A stretch of 64,000 bases of DNA from the NCBI GenBank assembly GCA_965223265.1, contig OZ244999.1:2528001-2592000 (forward strand), written 5' to 3'. Position numbers and translations under genes: made by a program. The notes beneath the pieces were generated by a model. It was not told the origin of the DNA, did not search any database, and saw only the letters and a program-made list of their open reading frames with translations. The stretch is from Planctomycetota bacterium. GTDB taxonomy: Bacteria; Planctomycetota; UBA8108; SXIK01. Positions 40,962-51,069 of the stretch are shown here, piece by piece. Every line of letters begins with the position of its first letter. Positions within the stretch are counted from its first letter, which is position 1.

Positions 40962-41735
40962 TCAAATGCGGTTGTACTCGTTGATCGCCTGCTGCAGCGA
41001 TTTCGACTGGTTCAGAAGCGGGATCATCTTTTTCTCCTTCGCCTCGAACTCCAGCGCCCGCTCGATCACAGCCTCGACGTGCTCGGAGGGAATACGAACG
41101 ACGCCGTCCCGATCGCCGACAAGATAGTCTCCAGGGCGCACCGTGATGCCGCCGCATTCAATTGGGGTGTCGCGTGCGATGCTCGTCCACCTACCGACGA
41201 TCGTCGACGGTGCGACGCTGCGCGAAAACGCCGTGAACCCGAGGTCATTCATCTCTTCGACATCGCGCACCGCGCCGTCGATGATGGCGCCTTCGATGCC
41301 GCGCAGCTTCGCGGTGCGTGACATGAGCCCACCGAAGCCGGTGATATCGAGACTTCCTGTCGAGGCCACGAAAACCTCTCCAGGACCGGAGGAATCGAGG
41401 ATCTCCACTCCGTACTTTAGGCCGAGGTCCTTCTTGTCGGGGTTTTCGCTGATGGGGCCGAGAAGAAGCGTCCGAGCACGACCGGCGAGGCGCTGACCTT
41501 GGGGCAGGCTCACTGGGCGCATATCATGCGACATGAAGCCGCGTGCGCCGACCACGGTGTCGACTGCGTCGGAGAGGGTGGAAGCGGGGATCGATCGAAG
41601 CCTGGAGAGAACGTCTTCACCGTCCGCGCGGTGTGAGCGCGAGAGACAACCCGTGGCACCGATGAGAGTCACCACGGCGATGAGGCCAGCAGACCGGCGG
41701 TTGCAGATGCAAGAATCGTGCGCTGAGTTGTTCAA
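40962..41735 (-). CDS. RraA/HMG aldolase family protein with lipoprotein-like signal
   Basis: TLSDAVD, LAGRART, FGGLMS, GAIIDGAVRDV, VRPGDYLVGDRDGVVRIP; LIGATGC lipobox-like; start uncertain. Confidence 0.85.
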   Translation of the reverse strand: MNNSAHDSCICNRRSAGLIAVVTLIGATGCLSRSHRADGEDVLSRLRSIPASTLSDAVDTVVGARGFMSHDMRPVSLPQGQRLAGRARTLLLGPISENPDKKDLGLKYGVEILDSSGPGEVFVASTGSLDITGFGGLMSRTAKLRGIEGAIIDGAVRDVEEMNDLGFTAFSRSVAPSTIVGRWTSIARDTPIECGGITVRPGDYLVGDRDGVVRIPSEHVEAVIERALEFEAKEKKMIPLLNQSKSLQQAINEYNRI

Positions 41736-42127
41736 GTCTCGGATTCCCTTTGAGGACGGTTACTGTTTTCGCGGCCCGACAGGCGAGTCGCGGGCTGTCA
41801 ACGAAGTGATCGAGAGATCGAGACGGATCCGTTGTCGGACCGAACGACGCCGCAATTCGCTGGCGCTCAGCATACTCCGCCGGGCTGGGCCTGAGAAGGC
41901 GAGAACTGCGGTGCAGCGTTCGTTGTCCTTCGTCCTCAGGCCTGTGCGCGCAATCGACTCGGTCACGTCTTTGAGCGCGAGGTGCAACCTCGCGTCGATG
42001 AAGAGCGGCCCGGCAGCTCCAGAAAGCGGCTACCGGGCCGAACAGTGGGACTCTCTTCCTTTTCACCTCAGATACGCGTGAAGGCAGACGGCCGCTGCAC
42101 GACCTCGCCCTCGAGTCGCGGATCAAC

Positions 42128-42913
42128 TCACTCTTCGAGTTCGAAAATTGGTTCCTCGGTGATCGTTTTGTTACCGCTGGCCTCCTCAGCGATGACTTCT
42201 ACCTTGAGCTCCAGCAGTGCACCGGCCGCCGCGAATTCGTCGGCCAGGTTCGCGAATTCCGGGGAGACCGTCATCGACGTGATATCCGCGGGGAAATCCG
42301 TCGCTTGAACGAACACTCGCTCCTCGCCGTCCTCCTCGGCGACCATCTCGGCAACCGCGTGGTAGCGCACGACCTCGGGGCCACCGTCCCCTGGTTCCCA
42401 GGCGATGAGCGGAAAGTCGTCGACGATCAGATCGACCATCGCTGGAAGCGCGTGCGTCAGTTCCGCCGTGCCTTCGAGCTCTGCACCATCGATGGTCTCG
42501 CCTTCAAACTCGTAGGTGCCGGCGGGAAACTTGGCCAGGAATGCGGCGATGTCCGCCTCAAGGTTGTTCTCGTCGAGGGGCGGCTCGGCGCTCTCAGTGA
42601 AAACCTCCGTGCTGCCGATGCGCTTGAGGCCACCGCCGTTTTCCACTTCGAAGATGCTACGACCGCCAGGGCCGGACACTTCGACTTCCTCCCAACCAGG
42701 ACCGTCGAAGAAGAGCTGAATGCCGAGGTCGTTGTCTGTGGCGTTGAATTCAAAGAAGATTTTTGTGTCCGCGAATTGTTCAACTCTGTCGTCCCGGTGC
42801 TTGTTCCGTTTGCTCCGTTTCTTGCCCGCGAATGATTCCGTAACTGCGGGGCCGATGCTGAGGACTGCTATCGCAGCCAACGAAAGGGCGATGATCGAAA
42901 GTTGTTTCCTCAT
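42128..42913 (-). CDS. Secreted acidic hypothetical protein
   Basis: Signal peptide, GGAG RBS, beta-rich sequence (IFFEFNATDNDLGIQLFFDG, FTESAEP, FPAGTYEFEG). Confidence 0.75.
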   Translation of the reverse strand: MRKQLSIIALSLAAIAVLSIGPAVTESFAGKKRSKRNKHRDDRVEQFADTKIFFEFNATDNDLGIQLFFDGPGWEEVEVSGPGGRSIFEVENGGGLKRIGSTEVFTESAEPPLDENNLEADIAAFLAKFPAGTYEFEGETIDGAELEGTAELTHALPAMVDLIVDDFPLIAWEPGDGGPEVVRYHAVAEMVAEEDGEERVFVQATDFPADITSMTVSPEFANLADEFAAAGALLELKVEVIAEEASGNKTITEEPIFELEE

Positions 42914-43211
42914 GCGACTCTCCTATGTGAGTTGCAGGTAGTGGGATTGGTTCAGACCCGACACGAACTCAACGATACCGCTCGGCGGTTAGAGCAGGAT
43001 TAGGGCAGCGTTAAACGGCACTAATCGGTCGACAGCGCGCCGGGGAGTCGTTGTCAGGCGTTCTTTACGAAACTCGCCACCGCTTCTTCGACAGCGCCGA
43101 AGTCGGACAGTTTGAGTCCTACGTTCCCAGCCGGCCGAAATCTTCGAAGATTGGGGGCGACCGCGTATACTGTCCGAGTCCGCAAAAACGGACGCACGAT
43201 CGGACTGAGGA

Positions 43212-44825
43212 ATGAAAATGAGCCAAGAGACGAGTCCAGCTGTATCCTTCGACAACACGTTGACGAGTGAACTGCCCGAGGATCCGGAGACGTCGAACCA
43301 CCGGCGACAAGTAGAACGAGCGTGCTTCTCGCGCGTCCTACCGAAGAGTGCTGCGCGTCCTCGGCTCGTCGCTTACTCACCGGAGGTCGCCGAACTCCTC
43401 GACTTCTCGAGTTTCTTCTGCGATTCCGAGGAGTTCGTGCAAGTCTTTTCAGGGAACCAGCTGATGCCAGGAATGGACCCGTACGCCGCATGTTACGGCG
43501 GCCATCAGTTTGGAGCCTGGGCGGGGCAACTCGGCGATGGCCGTGCCATCAACCTTGGGGAAATCGTGAACAAGCGAGAAGAGCGCTGGACGCTGCAGCT
43601 CAAGGGTGCCGGTCCGACGCCCTATTCGCGCGGCGCCGACGGACTCGCCGTCCTGCGATCGTCGCTCCGCGAGTTTCTTTGCAGTGAGGCCATGCACCAT
43701 CTGGGAGTGCCGACAACGCGGGCGCTCAGTCTGATCCTCACGGGCGAAAACGTCGTGCGGGATATGTTCTACGACGGAAACCCCAAGCCGGAGCCCGGCG
43801 CTGTGGTTTGCCGGGTGGCTCCATCCTTCACCCGTTTCGGCAACTTCCAGATTCATACGGCGCGCCGCGAGTTCGACGTGCTCCGACAACTCGTCGATTA
43901 CACGATCCGCACCGATTTTCCGCACCTCGGTGCGCCTGAGGCGGACGTCTACGTGGCCTGGTTTGAAGAGGTGTGTCGACGAACTGTCGACATGATCAAT
44001 CATTGGCTACGCGTCGGGTTTGTGCATGGGGTGATGAACACCGACAACATGTCGATCCTCGGTCTGACGATCGACTACGGACCCTACGGCTGGCTCGAGG
44101 ATTTCGACGTCAACTGGACGCCGAACACCACCGACGCCAGCGGTCGGCGGTATCGTTTCGGAAACCAGTCTCAGATCGCGCTGTGGAACTTGGTGCAGCT
44201 GGCCCAGGCGATCAGCCCACTCTTCGAAGACATCGAACCACTCAAGAACGTCTTGGAGGAGGTCCCCGACCGCTTCCAAAGCGGCTGGCGCTCGATGATG
44301 GCCGCGAAGCTTGGGCTCGAAGGGTTCATTCCCGATCTCGACGACGCGCTCATGTCCGACCTGATCTCCGTCCTGCAGCTGGTCGAAACCGACATGACGA
44401 TTTTTTTTCGCGCCCTGGCAGCGATCGACTGCTCGCCAGGCGCGGCGGACAGCGCGAATGACGAGGAGCTGTTTGCGCCGCTGACCGACGCCTACTACGA
44501 GCCGGCGAAGATCACGGTGGAGCACCGTGCACGCATCGCCGATTGGCTGCGGCGCTACCGGCGTCGTGCGCAGGCGAGCGGTATCCCTGAAGCAGAGCGC
44601 CGCGAGAGGATGAACGCTGTGAATCCAAAGTACGTCCTGCGCAACTACCTCGCCCAACTCGCGATCGACAAGGTAGAGGAGGGCGACATGACCATGGTGC
44701 ATGAGCTACTCGACGTTCTCCGCCATCCATACGACGAGCAGCCGAAGAGTGAGCACTTGGCGGCGAAACGACCAGAATGGGCGCGTCACCGCCCCGGATG
44801 CTCGATGCTTTCCTGCAGTTCCTGA
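43212..44825 (+). CDS. selO: Protein adenylyltransferase SelO (YdiU family)
   Basis: YGGHQFG..AGQLGDGRA, QLKGAGPTPYSRGADG, GFVHGVMNTDNMSI..TIDYGPY, NPKYVLRNY, C-terminal GCSMLSCSS. Confidence 0.96.
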   Translation: MKMSQETSPAVSFDNTLTSELPEDPETSNHRRQVERACFSRVLPKSAARPRLVAYSPEVAELLDFSSFFCDSEEFVQVFSGNQLMPGMDPYAACYGGHQFGAWAGQLGDGRAINLGEIVNKREERWTLQLKGAGPTPYSRGADGLAVLRSSLREFLCSEAMHHLGVPTTRALSLILTGENVVRDMFYDGNPKPEPGAVVCRVAPSFTRFGNFQIHTARREFDVLRQLVDYTIRTDFPHLGAPEADVYVAWFEEVCRRTVDMINHWLRVGFVHGVMNTDNMSILGLTIDYGPYGWLEDFDVNWTPNTTDASGRRYRFGNQSQIALWNLVQLAQAISPLFEDIEPLKNVLEEVPDRFQSGWRSMMAAKLGLEGFIPDLDDALMSDLISVLQLVETDMTIFFRALAAIDCSPGAADSANDEELFAPLTDAYYEPAKITVEHRARIADWLRRYRRRAQASGIPEAERRERMNAVNPKYVLRNYLAQLAIDKVEEGDMTMVHELLDVLRHPYDEQPKSEHLAAKRPEWARHRPGCSMLSCSS

Positions 44826-44844
44826 AACCATCGGAAGACGAACC

Positions 44845-47800
44845 ATGACCCGTAGATCGATGATTGGGCTAACGCTTGCGGCTCTTGTCGCCGTCAGCTT
44901 GTTCTTCTCGGCGCAGGTGCACGAGACTCTCGCCGGCGAAACCGCGAGCACTGCAGCGGCTTCGGCAGAGGCTCTCGCGACCGACTACGCGACTGAAGTG
45001 CAGCCCCTGCTTGAGAAGTACTGTCATCGATGCCACGCCGGCGATCGCACCGAAGCTGAAATCGATCTCGGTGCCGTCGCGTCATTCGTTGACGTAAGAA
45101 AGGACCCGCGCACATGGCAGAAGGTGCGCGGCATGCTCGTGAGTGCGCAGATGCCCCCGAAAAAGTCGGCGCAGCCGTCAGATGCCGAGCGAGCTCGGTT
45201 GACCGCTTGGGTGCGTGACTATCTCCGCCTCGAAGCAGAGGCGCACGCCGGAGATCCGGGTCGTGTCGTCCTGAGGCGGCTCAGCAACACCGAGTACACG
45301 TACACTGTGCGTGACCTCACAGGCGTGACGACGCTCGACCCTGTACGTGAATTCCCAGTAGATGGTGCGGCTGGCGAAGGATTCACGAATACCGGCGACG
45401 CGCTCGTGATGTCGCCGTCGCTCGTCACCAAGTATTTGGATGCCGCGAAAGACATCGCGTCTCACGCAGTACTCTTACCAGACGGCATGCGTTTCTCGGC
45501 CGGCGCGACGCGTCGAGACTGGAGTGATGAGCTCTTGGGAGAGGTTCGCGAGTTTTATCGCCAATTCACCGACCGCGGTGGCGGGGCGCTGGAAAGCGTC
45601 ACGGACGAATCGCAGCGCTTGCCGCTCGAGGAGTACCTTAGGGCGACGCTCACGGAACGTCGAGTCCTGCAGCGGCAGAAGCAGTCGATCGAAGAAATCG
45701 CGCGTGCGCGACGATTGAACGCTAAGTATCTGCGTGCCCTTTGGACCACGCTCACGGCCGATGACGAGACCACGGCATCCTCGCTACTCCTCGACCGCGT
45801 GCGGCAGCGCTGGCGCGATGCAAGCGAAGACGACGCTACGGAACTGGCGGATGATATTGCCGCCTGGCAATCAGTGCTCTGGAAGTTCAACAAGATCGGG
45901 CAGATCGGTCGCGAGGGCGGCCCGGAGTCATGGCAGGAAGCGGTCGACCCGCTCGTCGAGCGGCAAGAGTTTCGCGTGCAGGTGCCCAAAGATACGCGTG
46001 AAGGGCTTGTGACGGTCTATCTCGCCGCAGGCGATGCGGGCGACGGGAACAGCGGCGACTACGTCGTTTGGAAGAATCCACGCCTCGAAGGTGGCGGTCA
46101 GGTGACGGTGCCGCTGCGGACAGCGGCTGGATTGGCGCAGCGCCTGGAAGTCTTCCGCCGCACAGCGGTGGCGAAAACCGCGAAGTATCTGGCCGCGGTT
46201 TCCGACTTCGATGCAGCGTCGAGCGCAGAGACGCTCGCGACCCGCTATGGCATCGATGCTTCGGTTCTGAGCGCGTGGCTGAACTATCTCGACGTCGGCG
46301 ACCCGGGCCCCGTCGAAGTGAAAGGGCACCTCACGAACAAACTGGAGAAAACGGGAAACTACGATTTTGTTCGCGGCTTCGGGAGTGAAGGAGCTCCATC
46401 GATCGTCGCGAACGCCTCCGACGACGAAGTACGCGTTCCTGGCGTCGCGAAGCCGCGTTCGGTCTTGGCGCATCCGTCTGCGACGCACTACGCGGCTGCC
46501 GGATGGCAGAGCCCCATCGCGGGTGAGGTCCACGTCGCTGCTTACCTCAGCGATGCCCATCCTGAATGCGGCAACGGCGTTGAGTGGGTACTGGAGCACC
46601 GAACGGGTCGAAAGACGACGCACCTCGCCGAAGGTAACATCAACTACCGCGACTCGGCACAGCCGGCAGTTGAGAGCGTCAAGGTCACCAAGGGCGCCCT
46701 GGTCTCCCTCCTCACCGGTTCGAAGGGGCATCACGGATGCGATCTCACGAACATCAATCTGATCGTGACCGAGGTCGGTGGGGAGGGGCGCGTGTGGAAC
46801 TTGGCAGGGGACGTCGCGAGCCGCGGCCTCGACAGCAACCCGCACGGCGATGCCTACGGCAATGCTGCGGCTTGGCATTTCTTTCAGGGCGAAATGGCCG
46901 CCGTGCACGCCCGCGGCAAGACTCCCGTCGTTCCGCCCGGTTCACTGCTTGCGAGTTGGCGTTCCGCGGCTGACGCCGGTGAGAGGCAGGCGCTTGCGGC
47001 GCGTATCCAATCCATGGCGGCGGGGGAGCCTCCGCAAGAAAGCGAATCTCCGGATGCCGTTCTCTATCGCCATGTGCAGATCCTTTCGGCTCCGAAGGAT
47101 CATACGAAGCTGCTTTCAGGAGCTGACGTCGATGCACGGTTCGGTCGCCACCCGCTGGGCCACGCCGTGGACGCCGGCGATCTTGTCGTTCAGGCGCCGT
47201 CGGTTGTCAAGTTCCGCTTGCCAGCAGAGCTCGCTCACGGCGAGGGGCGAGAACTTGTTGTGACCGGGGGGCTCGATGCGGAGAGCGCCGAGGGCAGCGT
47301 GCAGCTGCGCGTCGAATTCGCCGCGAGCGAGGCAGCTGATCTCTCTGCGTCGGAGCCCGTGGTGGTTCGTAATAACGGAGCGGCCCGCGCGCGCTTCGAA
47401 GCGGCCTTCGATGCGTTTCGGGAACTCTTTCCCGCGGCCGTTTGTTATCCGCGCATCGTGCCGATCGATGAGGTCGTGACCCTGACGCTCTTCTATCGCG
47501 AGGACGACGTCCTCCAGCGACTCTTTCTCGACAGTGAGCAAGTGGCGGATCTAAACCACCTTTGGGACGAGCTGCTGTTCGTCAGCCATGAACCGCTCGG
47601 GCTCGTCGTTGCATTTGAGCAGATTTCCGAGTTCGCGACCCAGGATCGCCCTGATCTGGTGGTGGCGTTGAAACCACTCGAGAAGCCGATCCGTGACCGA
47701 GCGGAGCGTTTCCGTGAGCGACTTGTTGACGCGGAGACGGTCCATCTCGAAGCAATCCTTGAGTTTGCGAACCGTGCGTGGCGGCGTGCTTTGAGCGAGG

Positions 47801-48981
47801 CTGAAGCGATGAGTCTGCGCGACTTGTACGCGGACCTACGCGTGAGCGAAATTTCACACGAGGAGGCTATACGGCTGACACTGGCGCGTGTGCTGACATC
47901 ACCGGCTTTCCTTTACCGCCTTGAAGAACCCGGCGCCGGGGCTGAGCCCGCAGCAGTGTCGAGCGTCGAGCTGGCCAGTCGTCTCAGCTACTTTCTTTGG
48001 GCTTCCATGCCGGACGCACGACTGAGTCAGTTGGCCGCGGCAGGTCGATTGCACGAGACGTACACGCTCGTCACGCAGGCACGTCGCATGCTTGACGACG
48101 ATCGTACTCGACGGCTTGCCGTCGAATTTGGCTGCCAATGGCTTCACCTGCGAGGCTTCGATCAAAACGACGAAAAGAACGAGAAGCTCTATCCAGAATT
48201 CGCGGCGCTGCGCGGTGACATGTACGAGGAAACGATTCGCTTTTTTATGGACCTCTTCCGTCGCGACGGCTCGATTCTCGAGGTTCTGAACGCCGACTAC
48301 GTGTTCGTTAGCGACGCTTTGGCCGAGCACTACCGGATCGGGAGTCGTGTCCGCACTGGTGGGGACGGCTGGAGTCGCGTCGACGGCGTGCACGCCTCGG
48401 GGCGCGGCGGAGTCCTGGGTATGGCGTCCGTGCTTGCCAGTCAATCCGGCGCCTCGCGCACGAGCCCGATTCTGCGCGGCAACTGGGTGTTCGAGACGCT
48501 ACTAGGAGAGCGGCTGCCGCGGCCTCCTGCGAACGTGCCGCAGCTTCCAGACGCCGTACCGAGCGGGTTGACCGCGCGTCAGCTGATCGAGAGCCACAGC
48601 TCGGTTCCCGAGTGCGCCAAGTGTCATGCCAAGATCGATCCTTACGGCTTCGCGCTCGAGCAGTACGACGCACTCGGTCGGCTCCGACCGAGCGCGGTCG
48701 ACACGAAGACGAAGCTTCCAGATGGCAAGTCCATCGATGGCCTCGAGGGCCTGCGCGATTATCTCGCGCAGGATCGTCGCGAGGACTTCGTACGGCAGTT
48801 TTGCCGGAAGCTTCTAGGCTACGCGCTCGGGCGTGCCGTCCAGCTTTCGGATGAACCTTTGCTCGAGGAGATGGCACACCAACTGAAGGGGAACGGCTAT
48901 CGCTTCAGTGTCGCGGTCGAGGCCATCGTCACCAGTCCCCAATTTCGCCGCATTCGGGGCGCTGAGAGGGCTCACGAGTGA
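44845..48981 (+). CDS. DUF1587/1592/1588/1585 (PSD/PSCyt3) planctomycete cytochrome protein
   Basis: CHRCH, LRRLSNTEYTYTVRDL, ELASRLSYFLWASMPD, RTSPILRGNWV, CAKCHAKIDPYGFALE, KLLGYALGR. Confidence 0.9.
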   Translation: MTRRSMIGLTLAALVAVSLFFSAQVHETLAGETASTAAASAEALATDYATEVQPLLEKYCHRCHAGDRTEAEIDLGAVASFVDVRKDPRTWQKVRGMLVSAQMPPKKSAQPSDAERARLTAWVRDYLRLEAEAHAGDPGRVVLRRLSNTEYTYTVRDLTGVTTLDPVREFPVDGAAGEGFTNTGDALVMSPSLVTKYLDAAKDIASHAVLLPDGMRFSAGATRRDWSDELLGEVREFYRQFTDRGGGALESVTDESQRLPLEEYLRATLTERRVLQRQKQSIEEIARARRLNAKYLRALWTTLTADDETTASSLLLDRVRQRWRDASEDDATELADDIAAWQSVLWKFNKIGQIGREGGPESWQEAVDPLVERQEFRVQVPKDTREGLVTVYLAAGDAGDGNSGDYVVWKNPRLEGGGQVTVPLRTAAGLAQRLEVFRRTAVAKTAKYLAAVSDFDAASSAETLATRYGIDASVLSAWLNYLDVGDPGPVEVKGHLTNKLEKTGNYDFVRGFGSEGAPSIVANASDDEVRVPGVAKPRSVLAHPSATHYAAAGWQSPIAGEVHVAAYLSDAHPECGNGVEWVLEHRTGRKTTHLAEGNINYRDSAQPAVESVKVTKGALVSLLTGSKGHHGCDLTNINLIVTEVGGEGRVWNLAGDVASRGLDSNPHGDAYGNAAAWHFFQGEMAAVHARGKTPVVPPGSLLASWRSAADAGERQALAARIQSMAAGEPPQESESPDAVLYRHVQILSAPKDHTKLLSGADVDARFGRHPLGHAVDAGDLVVQAPSVVKFRLPAELAHGEGRELVVTGGLDAESAEGSVQLRVEFAASEAADLSASEPVVVRNNGAARARFEAAFDAFRELFPAAVCYPRIVPIDEVVTLTLFYREDDVLQRLFLDSEQVADLNHLWDELLFVSHEPLGLVVAFEQISEFATQDRPDLVVALKPLEKPIRDRAERFRERLVDAETVHLEAILEFANRAWRRALSEAEAMSLRDLYADLRVSEISHEEAIRLTLARVLTSPAFLYRLEEPGAGAEPAAVSSVELASRLSYFLWASMPDARLSQLAAAGRLHETYTLVTQARRMLDDDRTRRLAVEFGCQWLHLRGFDQNDEKNEKLYPEFAALRGDMYEETIRFFMDLFRRDGSILEVLNADYVFVSDALAEHYRIGSRVRTGGDGWSRVDGVHASGRGGVLGMASVLASQSGASRTSPILRGNWVFETLLGERLPRPPANVPQLPDAVPSGLTARQLIESHSSVPECAKCHAKIDPYGFALEQYDALGRLRPSAVDTKTKLPDGKSIDGLEGLRDYLAQDRREDFVRQFCRKLLGYALGRAVQLSDEPLLEEMAHQLKGNGYRFSVAVEAIVTSPQFRRIRGAERAHE

Positions 48982-49105
48982 CGAGCACACACGATCGCGT
49001 GGATCCTCCGACCAGCAGATTCGTAGCCGCACGACCAAAGACATCGGGCGCCGTTTTGTGTCTAATAGAGGAGCATCGAAAACACCGGTCCATGGACGAA
49101 GAATC

Positions 49106-50416
49106 ATGACGACGACGAACTACCAGTTCTCACGACGTGCGCTCTTGCGCGGTCTTGGCGTCAGCATGGCGCTCCCTTGGATGGAATCGCTGCGCGTGTG
49201 GGGAGACGAGCCCAAGGCGAACGCCCCGGCGAGCGAAGCGCCGACGCGCATGGCGATCCTCTTTGCCGGCTGCGGCTTTCACAAGCACGAATGGTGGGCG
49301 AAGGGCGAAGGTGCGTCGATGGAGCTCGGTAAGGTGCTGGCGCCGCTGAGCGATTTCCGTGACCGCATGGTTTTCATCAAGGGCCTCTACAACGCGGAGG
49401 CGCTCAAGGGAAACATCCATAGTTCGCAGACGGGCAATCTGCTCTCAGGCGCTCCGCTCGCGGCGGGCGGCACGATTCGTTCCGGCACAAGTGTCGATCA
49501 GGTCGTAGCACAGCAGGTCGGGCGGCAGACGAAGGTGCCGAGTCTGGTGCTCGGCTGTGAGAAATCCAATCCATCGGTGCACAAGAACTACTCGATGCTC
49601 TACAGCTCGCACATCTCGTGGTCGAGCCCGACGACGCCAACGCCGCTGGAGGTTTACCCAGCGCTGGCGTTCGACCGTCTCTTCAAGGATAGCGTCGAGC
49701 GCGGTGATCGGAGCGTTCTCGATGCTGTGCTTGCCGATGCAAAGAATCTCAGGCGGCGTATCAGTCGACTCGACCAAAGGAAACTTGATGAGTACTTGAA
49801 TTCGGTACGTGAGGTCGAGCGACGCGTCGACGATGCCGGCAAGCGTGGTGAGCTGCAGGGATGGAGGCCGACGCTGACGCAGCCGGACATGCAGCGTCCG
49901 AAGGACGGCTACCCGCAGGACATCGTCGAGCACATGCGCCTCATGTGCGACATTCTCGTGCTCGCATTTCAGACGGACTCGACGCGGGTCTGCACACTGA
50001 AGCTGAACAACGACCACGGCACGCTGCGTTTTCCCCACCTGGGCGTCGACTACATGATTCACCACCTGCTTTCACACAGCGACACCGACGACTGGCTGAA
50101 GGTGAATCAGTTCTTCCTTGAGCAGATGGCGTACATTGCCCGCCGTCTCGACTCCATTCAAGAGGGTGAGCGCACGGCACTCGACAACTCTATGGTCATG
50201 CTTTGCTCCAGCATGCTCACCGGGCACCACGACGCGAAGAAGCTGCCAGTCGTGATGGTCGGCGGCGCAGGCGGCCGGCTTCAGGGTGGGCGCAACCTCG
50301 ACTATAGCGACAACCCTAACCGGCAGATGTGCCGACTCTATCTCACCATGATGGAGAAGATGGGCGTGCGCTTGACGAGCTTCGGTGACGCCACGGAGCC
50401 GCTGGCGGAGGTTTGA
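49106..50416 (+). CDS. DUF1552 (HXXSHH) domain protein
   Basis: SRRALLRGLGVSMALPWMESL, SVDQVVAQ, LAFQTDSTRV, HHLLSH, LDNSMV; usual partner of DUF1592 genes. Confidence 0.92.
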   Translation: MTTTNYQFSRRALLRGLGVSMALPWMESLRVWGDEPKANAPASEAPTRMAILFAGCGFHKHEWWAKGEGASMELGKVLAPLSDFRDRMVFIKGLYNAEALKGNIHSSQTGNLLSGAPLAAGGTIRSGTSVDQVVAQQVGRQTKVPSLVLGCEKSNPSVHKNYSMLYSSHISWSSPTTPTPLEVYPALAFDRLFKDSVERGDRSVLDAVLADAKNLRRRISRLDQRKLDEYLNSVREVERRVDDAGKRGELQGWRPTLTQPDMQRPKDGYPQDIVEHMRLMCDILVLAFQTDSTRVCTLKLNNDHGTLRFPHLGVDYMIHHLLSHSDTDDWLKVNQFFLEQMAYIARRLDSIQEGERTALDNSMVMLCSSMLTGHHDAKKLPVVMVGGAGGRLQGGRNLDYSDNPNRQMCRLYLTMMEKMGVRLTSFGDATEPLAEV

Positions 50417-50678
50417 GAGTCGGTGTTTTCGAGGCCACGGCGGATGGCGTGCGTGCTTGGAGCGAGGGAGCCAACGGCGTCGACGACGCGGGGCACGAGC
50501 GGAAGGATATCGTAATGACCTGCCGTGACTGATCCCGGCTTGCGGCCACAGAAGCCGCTTGCATACGGGCTCTCGTTTCGCTTTGCTGTTTGCCGAGAAG
50601 CGCTATACGCGGCGCCGGAGCATGGCGTTCTTCTCGCTCGCTGTCAGATTTCGACTCACGAAAAGCAAGAGAATCTAC

Positions 50679-51026
50679 ATGCCCAAGATCGACTGGCTCT
50701 ACCACCGCCCCGGCTGAACCTCCTGCACCAGATCGCAAGGGTTCCTTGCCGACACCCCACTCGAAGTCGTCACGCAGGTCAACGCGCGACAGAATACGCT
50801 AGGACGTGCCGACGCTCTCAAGCTGGCGAAACAAGTCTCAGAGATCTATGCCATCAAGGGCAAGAAGGTCACGCACGTGCGGATGCGGGATAAGCCGAGC
50901 AGCGACACACTCGCCGCGCTTCTCCTTGGCCCGACCGGCAACCTGCGTGCGCCAACTCTTCGCAAAGGGAAGACCTTGATCGTCGGCTTCAATGCGGACA
51001 CCTACAGCGAGGTCCTCGGAGTCTAG
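50679..51026 (+). CDS. ArsC-family thioredoxin-fold selenoprotein (UxxC); TGA at 50715 read as Sec
   Basis: Manual translation MPKIDWLYHRPG-U-TSCTRSQGFL...LLLGPTGNLRAPTLRKGKTLIVGFNADTYSEVLGV* (115 aa); TGA sits at the first Cys position of the CxxC motif. Confidence 0.85.
50718..50753 (+). promoter_or_regulatory. Putative bacterial SECIS hairpin
   Basis: TCGCAAGG-GTT-CCTTGCCGA stem-loop with a G-led apical loop about 23 nt after the TGA. Confidence 0.6.
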
Positions 51027-51069
51027 CCGGTGTGTCGGCTCGTTCGGCGTGCGGCGCGCTGCTGCTATG

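Noticed and set aside
43212-44825. SelO as a second selenoprotein
   Set aside because: The C-terminus is CSS followed by a normal terminal TGA, with Cys at the position that is Sec in vertebrate SelO.
50525-50893. ORF-track calls 50525-50893 and 50590-50802
   Set aside because: No recognisable motifs; they overlap the better supported selenoprotein frame starting at 50679.
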